Assembly: GCA_045598145.1 (NCBI GenBank)
Contig: JAZLLM010000001.1
Location: 1-63,508, forward strand
DNA length: 63,508 bases
Source: Bacilli bacterium
GTDB lineage: Bacteria > Bacillota_I > Bacilli_A > ML615J-28 > CAG-698
Reading direction: 5' to 3'
The notes beneath the pieces were generated by a model. The model saw nothing but the letters and a program-made list of their open reading frames with translations, ran no database searches and was not told the origin of the DNA. Positions 1 through 8,775 of this stretch are shown here, piece after piece (within the stretch, counting starts at the first letter, position 1; every line of letters begins with the position of its first letter). Made by a program: the position numbers and the translations under genes.

Positions 1-76
1 ACTCATCTACTGTAAACATTTCATAATCAATAAAGAATTCTTTTTCTACTACTAAATCTTTTTCTTTTTTACTCAT
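1..76 (-). CDS. Unidentified CDS, 5' end only (continues beyond left edge)
   Basis: ATG at 76-74 (minus) lies a few nt after an AAAGGTGAT Shine-Dalgarno. Reads MSKKEKDLVVEKEFFIDYEMFTVDE... to the window edge. Too short to name. Confidence 0.35.
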   Translation of the reverse strand, partial: MSKKEKDLVVEKEFFIDYEMFTVDE

Positions 77-206
77 AATAATCACCTTTTTATGTAATTA
101 ATTATACAATAATTTTCTAATATTCTCAATCATTTTAATATTTGTTTATTATTATTTGTATTTTTTAGATTTTAATGTTATTATATTATAAGAAAAGGTG
201 AATAAA

Positions 207-818
207 ATGATTATTGAAAATGGAAGAAAAATATTAACAAATGATGATATAATTAAAGATAAGAATCCTGACTTAAGAAAAAAATGTGAAAACGTTAAGT
301 TCCCACTATCTAAAGAAGATGAAGAAACTTTAGAGCTAATGAGTCGATATTTAGAAATGAGTTATGACCCCGAACTATGCAAAAAATATAATTTGCGCGC
401 TGGTGTTGGTATCGCAGCTCCTCAAATTGATATCTTAAAAAATATGTTTGTAATATTAGCGTACGATGAAAACGATGAATTATACCACTTAGGTGTCATC
501 AACCCTAAAATTGTTAGTTACTCTGAAGAATTAACATATCTACCTAGTGGTGAAGGTTGCTTATCAGTAAGTTATCCTGTAAGTGGCTTAATTCATAGAC
601 CTAAACGTATCAAAGTAAACTTTGATTATTACAACTTTGAAACTAAAGAAATTTCAAATATTACTATTAGACTTAAAAACTATATTGCAGTTGTATTCCA
701 ACATGAATATGACCATTTATTTGGTAAATTATTTGTTGATCATATCAATAAAGAAAACCCAATGTATGTACCTAACAACTCTAGTCCTATAGTCTTTCCA
801 GACGAAGAAGATGATTAA
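207..818 (+). CDS. def: Peptide deformylase
   Basis: Motifs GVGIAAPQI, EGCLS and QHEYDHL (HExxH). The track ORF starts at GTG 198, but ATG 207 sits 6 nt after AAAAGGTG. Confidence 0.95.
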   Translation: MIIENGRKILTNDDIIKDKNPDLRKKCENVKFPLSKEDEETLELMSRYLEMSYDPELCKKYNLRAGVGIAAPQIDILKNMFVILAYDENDELYHLGVINPKIVSYSEELTYLPSGEGCLSVSYPVSGLIHRPKRIKVNFDYYNFETKEISNITIRLKNYIAVVFQHEYDHLFGKLFVDHINKENPMYVPNNSSPIVFPDEEDD

Positions 819-827
819 TATAATAAA

Positions 828-860
828 GGGATAAATCGAACGATTTATCCCTATTTTTTT
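828..860. terminator. Bidirectional intrinsic terminator between convergent def and the surface-protein gene
   Basis: Hairpin GGGATAAATCG-aa-CGATTTATCCC followed by TATTTTTTT, with A/T-rich sequence on the other side. Confidence 0.8.
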
Positions 861-3800
861 ATTTAAAAAATTCATCAATCATATTTAATATTTCATCTAA
901 TACATCTAATGGATATACTAAATTATCAACACAAGTTTTAATAAATGGATTAAAACTGATATTAATTGATGTATCGTAATTAGCCGTTTTAAACACAACA
1001 TCACTAAATGATATATTTACATCTCCTGCGCCAATAGCTACTAAATTGATATCAATTAAGTCACCAGCAGCCGCATCAAAATTGTTATTAGATATAGTTA
1101 TTTTGACTTTACCCTCTGTTTCTGTTTTTTCAAATGTAATATTATCAGATTTAGCGCTTATGCTTTCTATATTAATTTTATCCTTATCATAATTCATTAC
1201 GAATTCTAAAGTTTCAAAATTCATATTAGTAGCATTAATTGTAATTTTATCTTTTCCTTTTAGTTCTAATTCATCATTTGTAAACATAGTACTAAATGAT
1301 GGTAAAGAATTATCAACTGTGAAAGTAATATCTTTATACACAAAGTTACCAAAATTATCTTCAATACGAATACTAACTTTATTTTCACCTTTATTATATG
1401 CGATTAATGCACTTGGTGTCCAAGCATAATTATATCCACCTTGTATATCTTTAACGTTCAAGTTAGTTATCTCTTCGCCATTCAAATAAAATTTAGTAGC
1501 TTGTTTATTAATTCCAGTTCCTTCGTCAATTGCATCAAAACTAATGGTGTGAGTTGTATCGTTAATTACTCCTCCGTCCAAAGTATTTAGATTTGTTAAT
1601 TCTGGATATTTTAAATCATCATTAGTAAATCCATATACTGCACGAAGTCCATCAACGTAGAATGTTCCTTCAACTCTCTCATTATCTTTTACAGCCATTA
1701 TTCTTAGCAAATATTGAATTGATACTGGATACTTAACAGTAGTATCAAGTTTAGCTTCCAAATACTTCCAGCCAATCCAATTAACGCCTTCACCTTCTGG
1801 TGTAAGGTCAGAATATTTAGCTCCACTAGATCCTGACTCATAATATTGAATTCTTAACCATGCACCTTGAACTTCTTTAGTTGCATAAACCCACATACCA
1901 ATAGCTGTAGGTGTTCCCTTAACTGTTAATGAAGTACCTGTATTAATTTGTGCACCTACCGTACCAGTCGTATTCTTTAAATTAACATTTAATTGTAATG
2001 ATTTATTTCCAAATCTTACAAAGTCTAAATCTTCATTAATAGCTAAAGTTGCAGATCCACCACTACCAGCTTGATTATTACGCCATTGTCCACTCTTGTT
2101 ACCACATTGATCAGTTTCAAAACCTGTAATTTCATATGGAAGTTGACCTATAGTAACTACAACTTTTGCTTGAATATTTCCATAATTTATATAAATATAA
2201 CCATTTTTACCTGCTTCGTCACTTGCTTTAAAATGACCAGTATTATCGATTGTGCCAAGACCAGCATCACATTTCCATGTAAATGCTTCATTAGAACACT
2301 CTAGTAAATCATTTTGATAATATGCATTAACACCCAAAGATACTTCTTCAGATGGTGATAAAGCTAGATTATTAACACTTGCATATAATTCATCTACCTT
2401 ATTAGTTACATTAACATTAACTGTAGTTATAGCACTACCTGAAGTTATTGTAATATTGCCAGTACCTGATCCTTCTTTAGCTTTAAATTTACCATCTACT
2501 ATAGAACCTATTTCAGTAGCAGCTATTAAATTATATTCTGGAGTTTCTTTTGGATTATAATTATTATCTGTAGCTTTAACTTTTATATCTACTACTGTAC
2601 CTTGTAATACCTTTAAATCATTTGGATATGCATGTAGCATTAAAGTATCGTCAGGTGTAGTTACATAATCTTCTTTTAAAACAAATAAGAAACAATCAGC
2701 ATCATTTCTTTCTTGACCATCAGATGGTACATTGACTGTAGTTAAACCTGTATCTCCTGGTAAACGAAGACTCAAGTTACTTGATCCTCCACCATCCATT
2801 CTTACTGCATTAATACAACCTAATTCGGCCATATATTGAGCACATGCAAAATCAGTCATACCAACAGCAACACTAGGTTGACGTCCATCAGCAACATATA
2901 CAACTACTGTACCATCAGCTCTATAACCAATTGTTGTACGAGGATGAACTGTATTTTCGCATCTAGGTGTTGATTTACCATCTTTTAAAATTTGATAAAA
3001 TCCAGATATTGTTTGTTCTACTTTTGACCAATCAAAATTAGGATCATTATCTTTTATAGAAATTGTAACTGTTTCCCCAACTTTCAAGTTACCTAAAGCA
3101 CTTAAACTTGGTCCGACTAAAACATATTTACCTTCTTCAATAGCAGTCTTAGTTGCATTTTCATTTACTTTTTCTACTGTACATTTTATTTCTGTCCCAA
3201 CAATTAAATCACCAGAATCAATCTTTAACACAACTTCACATGAAGCGTTTGTGTTTCTAGTATCACTATATAAATCTCTAGAGAATAAGTAAACATTGTT
3301 ATTTGCTTCTTTTTTTGGCCTATTTAAATAATTAATTTTTACATTAGCACCTGAACTACTAGTATATGAAAATTCAAAATTAGGATGGCCAATGTAAGGA
3401 CTACCATCTTTACAAAAAGCTACATTATCATATTCTGTACTTAGTTCACCACTTTTTGATACAACTATTCTACCATTTTGAATTGTAGTACCTACAGTAA
3501 CGCCATTTGATGTATCAAAAGGGCTAGCATTTACACCAGCTATAACTGTGTATCCTCTTCTTTTAGCTAAAGCAATATTAGTAGAAATGGTATCACCGCC
3601 ATATAAATATTCACCAAACATCGCTAATGCTTCTACACCACTAGTTTTAGGATTATATTCCATAACATATGCCCTTTGAGGACTTCCGTTATTACTTTCA
3701 GTATAAGTATATTTCATATCCTTCAAGATATTACGAGAATATGTATACTTAACAGATCCTAAGGCAGACGTTGTTAAAGCATTAATCTTTTGACTACCAA

Positions 3801-3882
3801 CACTAACAAACAAACTCAATAACAAAAATGTTAACATCAATAAAAATACTTTGTTCTTTTTCATAGTTTTCCTCTCAAACAA
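859..3882 (-). CDS. Large secreted surface protein with a phosphodiester-glycosidase-like domain, Ig-like repeats, a beta-sandwich (sugar-binding-like) module and a C-terminal cohesin-like module
   Basis: N-terminal signal peptide (KKNKVFLLMLTFLLLSLFVSVGS). The segment RTTIGYRADGTVVVYVADGRQ...AVRMDGGGSS resembles the phosphodiester glycosidase (DUF2233-type) family. The other domain calls are by eye only. Confidence 0.6.
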   Translation of the reverse strand: MFERKTMKKNKVFLLMLTFLLLSLFVSVGSQKINALTTSALGSVKYTYSRNILKDMKYTYTESNNGSPQRAYVMEYNPKTSGVEALAMFGEYLYGGDTISTNIALAKRRGYTVIAGVNASPFDTSNGVTVGTTIQNGRIVVSKSGELSTEYDNVAFCKDGSPYIGHPNFEFSYTSSSGANVKINYLNRPKKEANNNVYLFSRDLYSDTRNTNASCEVVLKIDSGDLIVGTEIKCTVEKVNENATKTAIEEGKYVLVGPSLSALGNLKVGETVTISIKDNDPNFDWSKVEQTISGFYQILKDGKSTPRCENTVHPRTTIGYRADGTVVVYVADGRQPSVAVGMTDFACAQYMAELGCINAVRMDGGGSSNLSLRLPGDTGLTTVNVPSDGQERNDADCFLFVLKEDYVTTPDDTLMLHAYPNDLKVLQGTVVDIKVKATDNNYNPKETPEYNLIAATEIGSIVDGKFKAKEGSGTGNITITSGSAITTVNVNVTNKVDELYASVNNLALSPSEEVSLGVNAYYQNDLLECSNEAFTWKCDAGLGTIDNTGHFKASDEAGKNGYIYINYGNIQAKVVVTIGQLPYEITGFETDQCGNKSGQWRNNQAGSGGSATLAINEDLDFVRFGNKSLQLNVNLKNTTGTVGAQINTGTSLTVKGTPTAIGMWVYATKEVQGAWLRIQYYESGSSGAKYSDLTPEGEGVNWIGWKYLEAKLDTTVKYPVSIQYLLRIMAVKDNERVEGTFYVDGLRAVYGFTNDDLKYPELTNLNTLDGGVINDTTHTISFDAIDEGTGINKQATKFYLNGEEITNLNVKDIQGGYNYAWTPSALIAYNKGENKVSIRIEDNFGNFVYKDITFTVDNSLPSFSTMFTNDELELKGKDKITINATNMNFETLEFVMNYDKDKINIESISAKSDNITFEKTETEGKVKITISNNNFDAAAGDLIDINLVAIGAGDVNISFSDVVFKTANYDTSINISFNPFIKTCVDNLVYPLDVLDEILNMIDEFFK

Positions 3883-3976
3883 TATTTGTTTACGACTATA
3901 TTATATCATTTATTAATAATCAAATAAATAGAATTTTTATAAGTCTATTTTTGTTCTTTTCTTTTTAATGATAAAA

Positions 3977-3985
3977 TGGTATAAT
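3977..3985 (+). promoter_or_regulatory. Extended -10 element (TGGTATAAT), likely rnj promoter
   Basis: TGnTATAAT lies 26 nt upstream of the rnj ATG. An AAAGGGG SD follows. Confidence 0.45.
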
Positions 3986-4010
3986 TTTATTATCTAGAAA
4001 GGGGCCCTCT

Positions 4011-5684
4011 ATGCCTACTATTAATAAAACAAATAACAATATTAAAATATTTGCTTTAGGTGGTCTAGGCGAAGTTGGAAAAAACATGTATATTATCGAA
4101 CGCAATGACGAAATCATTGTTATAGATAGTGGTATGATATTTCCAGACTTTGATTTAGGCATTGATTATATAATTCCTAACTTCGCATATCTAAAAGAAA
4201 ACGAAGATAGAATTATTGGATTATTTATAACTCATGCTCATGAAGACCACATCGGTGCTTTACCTTATTTATTAGCTAGCGTTAAAATACCTAATGTTTA
4301 TGCATCAGGTATCGCTATTAATATGATAAAAAGTAAAATTAATGAATTTAAAAATATTCCTATTAACTTAGTTGAATTTACAAATGACTCTGTATTTGCG
4401 TTTAAAAATTTCTCAATTGAATTCTTTAGAACTAATCATAGTATTCCTGATTCTTATGGTATAGCAGTCAAAACTGATCTTGGATATATATTACATACTG
4501 GAGATTTTAAATTTGACCTTACACCAATTGGAAACAAAACGGAATATAACAAGATTACAAACTATGGTGAAAAGGGAGTGTTAGCATTACTTTCTGATAG
4601 TACTAATGCTAATGTAAGTTCATCCTCTCCATCTGAAAAGAAAATTAGTGAGAGCTTGAAGTCATTATTTGAAGGTATCAAAGGTAGAATTATCATATCT
4701 ACATTTGCGTCAAATGTATATCGCCTTGAACAAATAATTAATGCAAGCGTTCAATGCGGAAGAAAAGTTATCGTTTTTGGTAGAAGTTTGGAAAAAGCAA
4801 TCAGCATAGGCCAACAAATGAAGTATATTAAACATCAAAAGGATTCATTCTTAACAGTTGATGAACTAATGACTTTACCACCAAATAAGATTACTATTAT
4901 TTCTACAGGTAGCCAAGGTGAACCATTAGCTGCTCTAACTAGAATCGCTGAAGGAACACACAAAACAATTAAACTTATTGAAGGAGATACAATAGTTTTC
5001 TCATCATCAGCTATACCTGGTAACAAAGAGCACATTAACAGAACTATTAATAAATTATATAAAGCTGGTGCTAGTGTTATTGTAAGTAATCCATTAGCTG
5101 ACACACATTCATCAGGTCATGCATCACAATACGAATTACAATTAATGCTAAACTTTACAAAGCCAAAATATTTCGTGCCTATACATGGTGAATATCCAAT
5201 GCAAAAAAAGCATTGTGATTTAGCTATTGAATGTGGAGTAAATAAAAATAATTGTTTCATTTTAAAGAATGGTGAAATCTTACAAATTAATGAAGGAAAA
5301 GCAGAGAAAAAAGGAAAAGTTAATTCCGGTATATTATCAATCGATAAATATAATTCCATTATCCCTGAAAATATCTTAAAAGAAAGAAAAGCCTTATCTG
5401 AAGATGGAATAGTAACACTTACCTTTATTATTCAAAAAAACAAATTAGTTCAAAAACCTTCTCTAAATTCTAGAGGTTTCATATATATGAAAAACTCAAA
5501 CGAACTAATCTCTAATATTGAGAATAAAGCATATAAAGCAGCTAATTCATATCTATTTAAAATTAAGAATGGGCATTTTTATGAATCTAAATTCAAAAAA
5601 GATATGGAATTAGAAATGTCAAACTACATTAATGAACTTACTTCATCTAAACCAGCAATTGTTATTATTGCTATTCAAATATAA
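4011..5684 (+). CDS. rnj: Ribonuclease J
   Basis: Metallo-beta-lactamase motif HAHEDHIG. Length (557 aa) and beta-CASP/C-terminal layout are typical of RNase J. Confidence 0.93.
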   Translation: MPTINKTNNNIKIFALGGLGEVGKNMYIIERNDEIIVIDSGMIFPDFDLGIDYIIPNFAYLKENEDRIIGLFITHAHEDHIGALPYLLASVKIPNVYASGIAINMIKSKINEFKNIPINLVEFTNDSVFAFKNFSIEFFRTNHSIPDSYGIAVKTDLGYILHTGDFKFDLTPIGNKTEYNKITNYGEKGVLALLSDSTNANVSSSSPSEKKISESLKSLFEGIKGRIIISTFASNVYRLEQIINASVQCGRKVIVFGRSLEKAISIGQQMKYIKHQKDSFLTVDELMTLPPNKITIISTGSQGEPLAALTRIAEGTHKTIKLIEGDTIVFSSSAIPGNKEHINRTINKLYKAGASVIVSNPLADTHSSGHASQYELQLMLNFTKPKYFVPIHGEYPMQKKHCDLAIECGVNKNNCFILKNGEILQINEGKAEKKGKVNSGILSIDKYNSIIPENILKERKALSEDGIVTLTFIIQKNKLVQKPSLNSRGFIYMKNSNELISNIENKAYKAANSYLFKIKNGHFYESKFKKDMELEMSNYINELTSSKPAIVIIAIQI

Positions 5685-5685
5685 A

Positions 5686-5718
5686 AAGAACATTACTTTC
5701 ACGTAATGTTCTTTTTTT
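5686..5718. terminator. Bidirectional terminator between rnj and the exonuclease gene
   Basis: AGAACATTAC-tttcac-GTAATGTTCT flanked by an A-run and a T-run. Confidence 0.8.
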
Positions 5719-5719
5719 C

Positions 5720-6565
5720 TTATATATTATTTATTTCATTTTTAAATAAATGGAATATCTCTCTTTCAACCATTGCATCTTCTAAAGCGTCATGAATTTG
5801 TTCCTGCATATCGATTTTAGCCATTTCTTTATATGTATTGAAAAGACCCATTTCTTGTTTGTAATTATAATAATTTTTAATTACTTGCATCAAGTTCATA
5901 TATCTATTTCTAACATCTAAAGGATGCAAATGATTTAATTTAAAACTTCTTTCAATTGAAAGCCAATCATTTCTACCCCAAGCTATAATTTTAGGATTAT
6001 AATCTTCAATTAACCTTTCAAGTAATTGGTAAAATTCAATATATGGACAAGCATTATCAAAATCTGAGATATCTCTTGATAAGAATTGTAATGTTAAACG
6101 ATTTAAAGAATTAGCTCTCATAGGTTTAACTAATGATGCATCTTCAAATACTATATTACCATCTTTATCTTCCAAAACGATACCATATTGCACAATTTCT
6201 GAAACAGCATATCTATTCATTCCAACTAGAGAAAACTCTAAATCAATAAATAAACGGTTATGTTCTTGATTTACTACATCCCTTACACCATTTTGAATTA
6301 CTTGCAAATCATAATACACTTCCATTTCATTATTTGTTGGATTTACAATCTTAATAAAATGATCAACATCTTGACACTTTATATTACTATAATTTTCAAA
6401 TTCTTCAACTGCCTCAAAATAAACATAAGGTTTTTTAGCTAGATAAGCTTTAAAATCCTTTATGTTTTTATTTGTTAGGTGGAAATATTGAATACTTCCA
6501 TCAACAACAACTGACATCAGTCTTTCTTTTTTGTCTATATAATGCACTTTACCATATACTAACAT
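5720..6565 (-). CDS. DEDDh 3'-5' exonuclease (KapD/ERI-1-like) with an N-terminal extension of about 100 aa
   Basis: Exo motifs LFIDLEFS and HDALEDA. Starts 17 nt downstream of the uvrC stop. Confidence 0.7.
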   Translation of the reverse strand: MLVYGKVHYIDKKERLMSVVVDGSIQYFHLTNKNIKDFKAYLAKKPYVYFEAVEEFENYSNIKCQDVDHFIKIVNPTNNEMEVYYDLQVIQNGVRDVVNQEHNRLFIDLEFSLVGMNRYAVSEIVQYGIVLEDKDGNIVFEDASLVKPMRANSLNRLTLQFLSRDISDFDNACPYIEFYQLLERLIEDYNPKIIAWGRNDWLSIERSFKLNHLHPLDVRNRYMNLMQVIKNYYNYKQEMGLFNTYKEMAKIDMQEQIHDALEDAMVEREIFHLFKNEINNI

Positions 6566-6582
6566 ATTATCACCATTGTTTT

Positions 6583-8322
6583 CTATAAATGATTCATATC
6601 ATTAAATACTTTTATTACTTCATCCTTTTGTTCTTGGTTCAATTTTAATGTATCAATATTCTTTAAAAAATCATCAGAATAAAGTAATTTTAAAATTTGT
6701 GTTTTTTTAACCTTTCCAATTCCTTTTATATCATCTAATTTAGAAGAGAAGATATCTTTATTGTGTGTGCTTCTAAAGAAAGTAATAGCATATCTATGAA
6801 CTTCTTCTTGGATGTTTTCTAATAATCTAAACAAATAACCATTCTTTTCAATATTAATTTCTTTACCTTCATAATATAGACATCTAGTTTTATGGTTATC
6901 ATTTTTTACTAAACCTAATACAGGTATATCTCTTTCAAGAGTAGAAAGTGCGATTTTACAAGCATTCACTTGAATTTCTCCACCATCCATAACAATTAGG
7001 TCTGGATTGTTTTCTAAGTCTTTGTATCTTCTAGTAACAACTTCTTGCATTGTAAGATAGTCATTAGCCCCTACTACTGTTTTAATCTTATATTTACGAT
7101 ACATCTTTTTATTTGGAATACCATCTAAATAAGAAACCATAGCACTAACAGCAGATGCACCTTGTATATTAGAATTATCAAAAGCTTCGATAGTATGAAC
7201 ATCAAAACCTAAAAGTATAGATAATTCCTCCATTGCGCCTTTAGTCATTTTATATTCTAAATCTTTCTTTCTTATTAATGTATCTATTTTGTTTTTTGCA
7301 TTATCAATTACTAAATCAATTAGTTCTTTATTTTTACCTTTTTTAGGTATGTTTACGTGAGTATGCAAGAAATCAGATAACTCAATAACATCACCATCAT
7401 TTATAAATATTTGTTTTGGTATTGGATTGTTTTCTACTAAATAAAAATTATACACAAATTCTTGTAATTTTTCAATACAATTTTCAGGTTTTGCAAATAA
7501 ATAACCATTTCTTTCAAGCATTTTGCTATTTCTCAAATGAAAGACTTGTATACTCATCCATTCATCATTAACATAATAAGCAATTGCGTCAATATCATCA
7601 CTATATCCTTCCATTTTTTGTCTTTCAGATATTGCTAGTAATGAATCTCTTAAATTTCTGTACTCTATTGCTTTCTCAAAATTTAAGTTATTTGATTCTG
7701 TTTCCATCAATACATTTAATATTTTAATTTCATCTTTAACGTTTCCTTTTAATATACTATTAGCTTTTTGTTTTAAATCATCATATATTTTAGAATCGAT
7801 ATCATTTATACATGGTGCTAAACATTGATTAATATGATAATATAAACATTCTTTTTTTGGAATATTCTTGCATTTTCTAAAAGGATACATTCTATTTAGC
7901 ATTTCAACAACATCCTGTGCTGCTTTTGCATTAGGATATGGTCCATATACTTTCCCCTTACTTTTTTTAATATCTCTTGTATATAAGACTCTAGGACTCT
8001 TTTCATTAGTAATAGTGATATAAGGATATTGCTTATCATCCATTAACATGATATTATATTTTGGACGATATTTCTTAATCAAATTTATTTCTAATATAAA
8101 AGCTTCATTTTCATTAGAAGTTATTATATATTCCATATCATCAATTTGACTTACTAAACTTGTTGTTTTAGCGTCATGACTACCAACAAAATAACTGTGT
8201 ACTCTGTTAGACAAGTCTTTTGCTTTTCCAACATAAATAATTTGACCACTTTTATCCTTGTATTGATAACTTCCAGGTTTATGTGGCAATGTATCTAACT
8301 TCAACTTTAATCTTTCATTCAT
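6583..8322 (-). CDS. uvrC: Excinuclease ABC subunit C
   Basis: GIY-YIG N-terminus (GSYQYKDKSGQIIYVGKAKDLSNRV), a UvrBC-interaction region and a C-terminal HhH. 579 aa. Confidence 0.95.
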   Translation of the reverse strand: MNERLKLKLDTLPHKPGSYQYKDKSGQIIYVGKAKDLSNRVHSYFVGSHDAKTTSLVSQIDDMEYIITSNENEAFILEINLIKKYRPKYNIMLMDDKQYPYITITNEKSPRVLYTRDIKKSKGKVYGPYPNAKAAQDVVEMLNRMYPFRKCKNIPKKECLYYHINQCLAPCINDIDSKIYDDLKQKANSILKGNVKDEIKILNVLMETESNNLNFEKAIEYRNLRDSLLAISERQKMEGYSDDIDAIAYYVNDEWMSIQVFHLRNSKMLERNGYLFAKPENCIEKLQEFVYNFYLVENNPIPKQIFINDGDVIELSDFLHTHVNIPKKGKNKELIDLVIDNAKNKIDTLIRKKDLEYKMTKGAMEELSILLGFDVHTIEAFDNSNIQGASAVSAMVSYLDGIPNKKMYRKYKIKTVVGANDYLTMQEVVTRRYKDLENNPDLIVMDGGEIQVNACKIALSTLERDIPVLGLVKNDNHKTRCLYYEGKEINIEKNGYLFRLLENIQEEVHRYAITFFRSTHNKDIFSSKLDDIKGIGKVKKTQILKLLYSDDFLKNIDTLKLNQEQKDEVIKVFNDMNHL

Positions 8323-8380
8323 AATATTATACCTAGAAATTATTGTACCATATATTCCTTAAAATATCAAAATATAAATA

Positions 8381-8416
8381 AAACGGCCTAGTAAACACTT
8401 CGTTTCTAAGCCGTTT
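8381..8416 (-). terminator. Intrinsic terminator after rbfA
   Basis: Minus strand AAACGGCTTAG...CTAGGCCGTTT (one G-U pair) followed by a T-rich tract. Confidence 0.65.
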
Positions 8417-8421
8417 ATTTT

Positions 8422-8775
8422 TTATTTATTCTCTTCTTTCATTCTAATCTCTCTTAAAATGGCTTCAATTCTTTCACCTTGTTCATATGAATTATCATAT
8501 TTGAAGATTAAATCAGGAACTTTTTTAACTTGAATTCTTCTAGCAAGTAAAGTTCTTATAAATCCCTTTGCTTCCATAAAAACTTTAGATGTGTTTTCAA
8601 TTTGGTCTTTATTACCATAAACTGTATAATATACAGTAGCAATAGACAAATCATTAGTAAGATTTACATTTGTAATTGTAACAAATTTGATTCTTTCATC
8701 TTTGACATCACTAAAGATTATTGTGGAAAGTTCTTTTTCAATGATCTTTTCTAATCTTTCTTTTTTATAAGGCAT
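8422..8775 (-). CDS. rbfA: Ribosome-binding factor A
   Basis: Conserved RbfA sequence. Overlaps the infB stop, the canonical operon position. Confidence 0.9.
   Translation of the reverse strand: MPYKKERLEKIIEKELSTIIFSDVKDERIKFVTITNVNLTNDLSIATVYYTVYGNKDQIENTSKVFMEAKGFIRTLLARRIQVKKVPDLIFKYDNSYEQGERIEAILREIRMKEENK

Noticed and set aside
859-1400. A cohesin-like C-terminal module as evidence for a cellulosome locus.
   Set aside because: No dockerin repeats, glycoside hydrolases or scaffoldin-type multiple cohesins occur anywhere in the window. A single cohesin-like fold is insufficient evidence.
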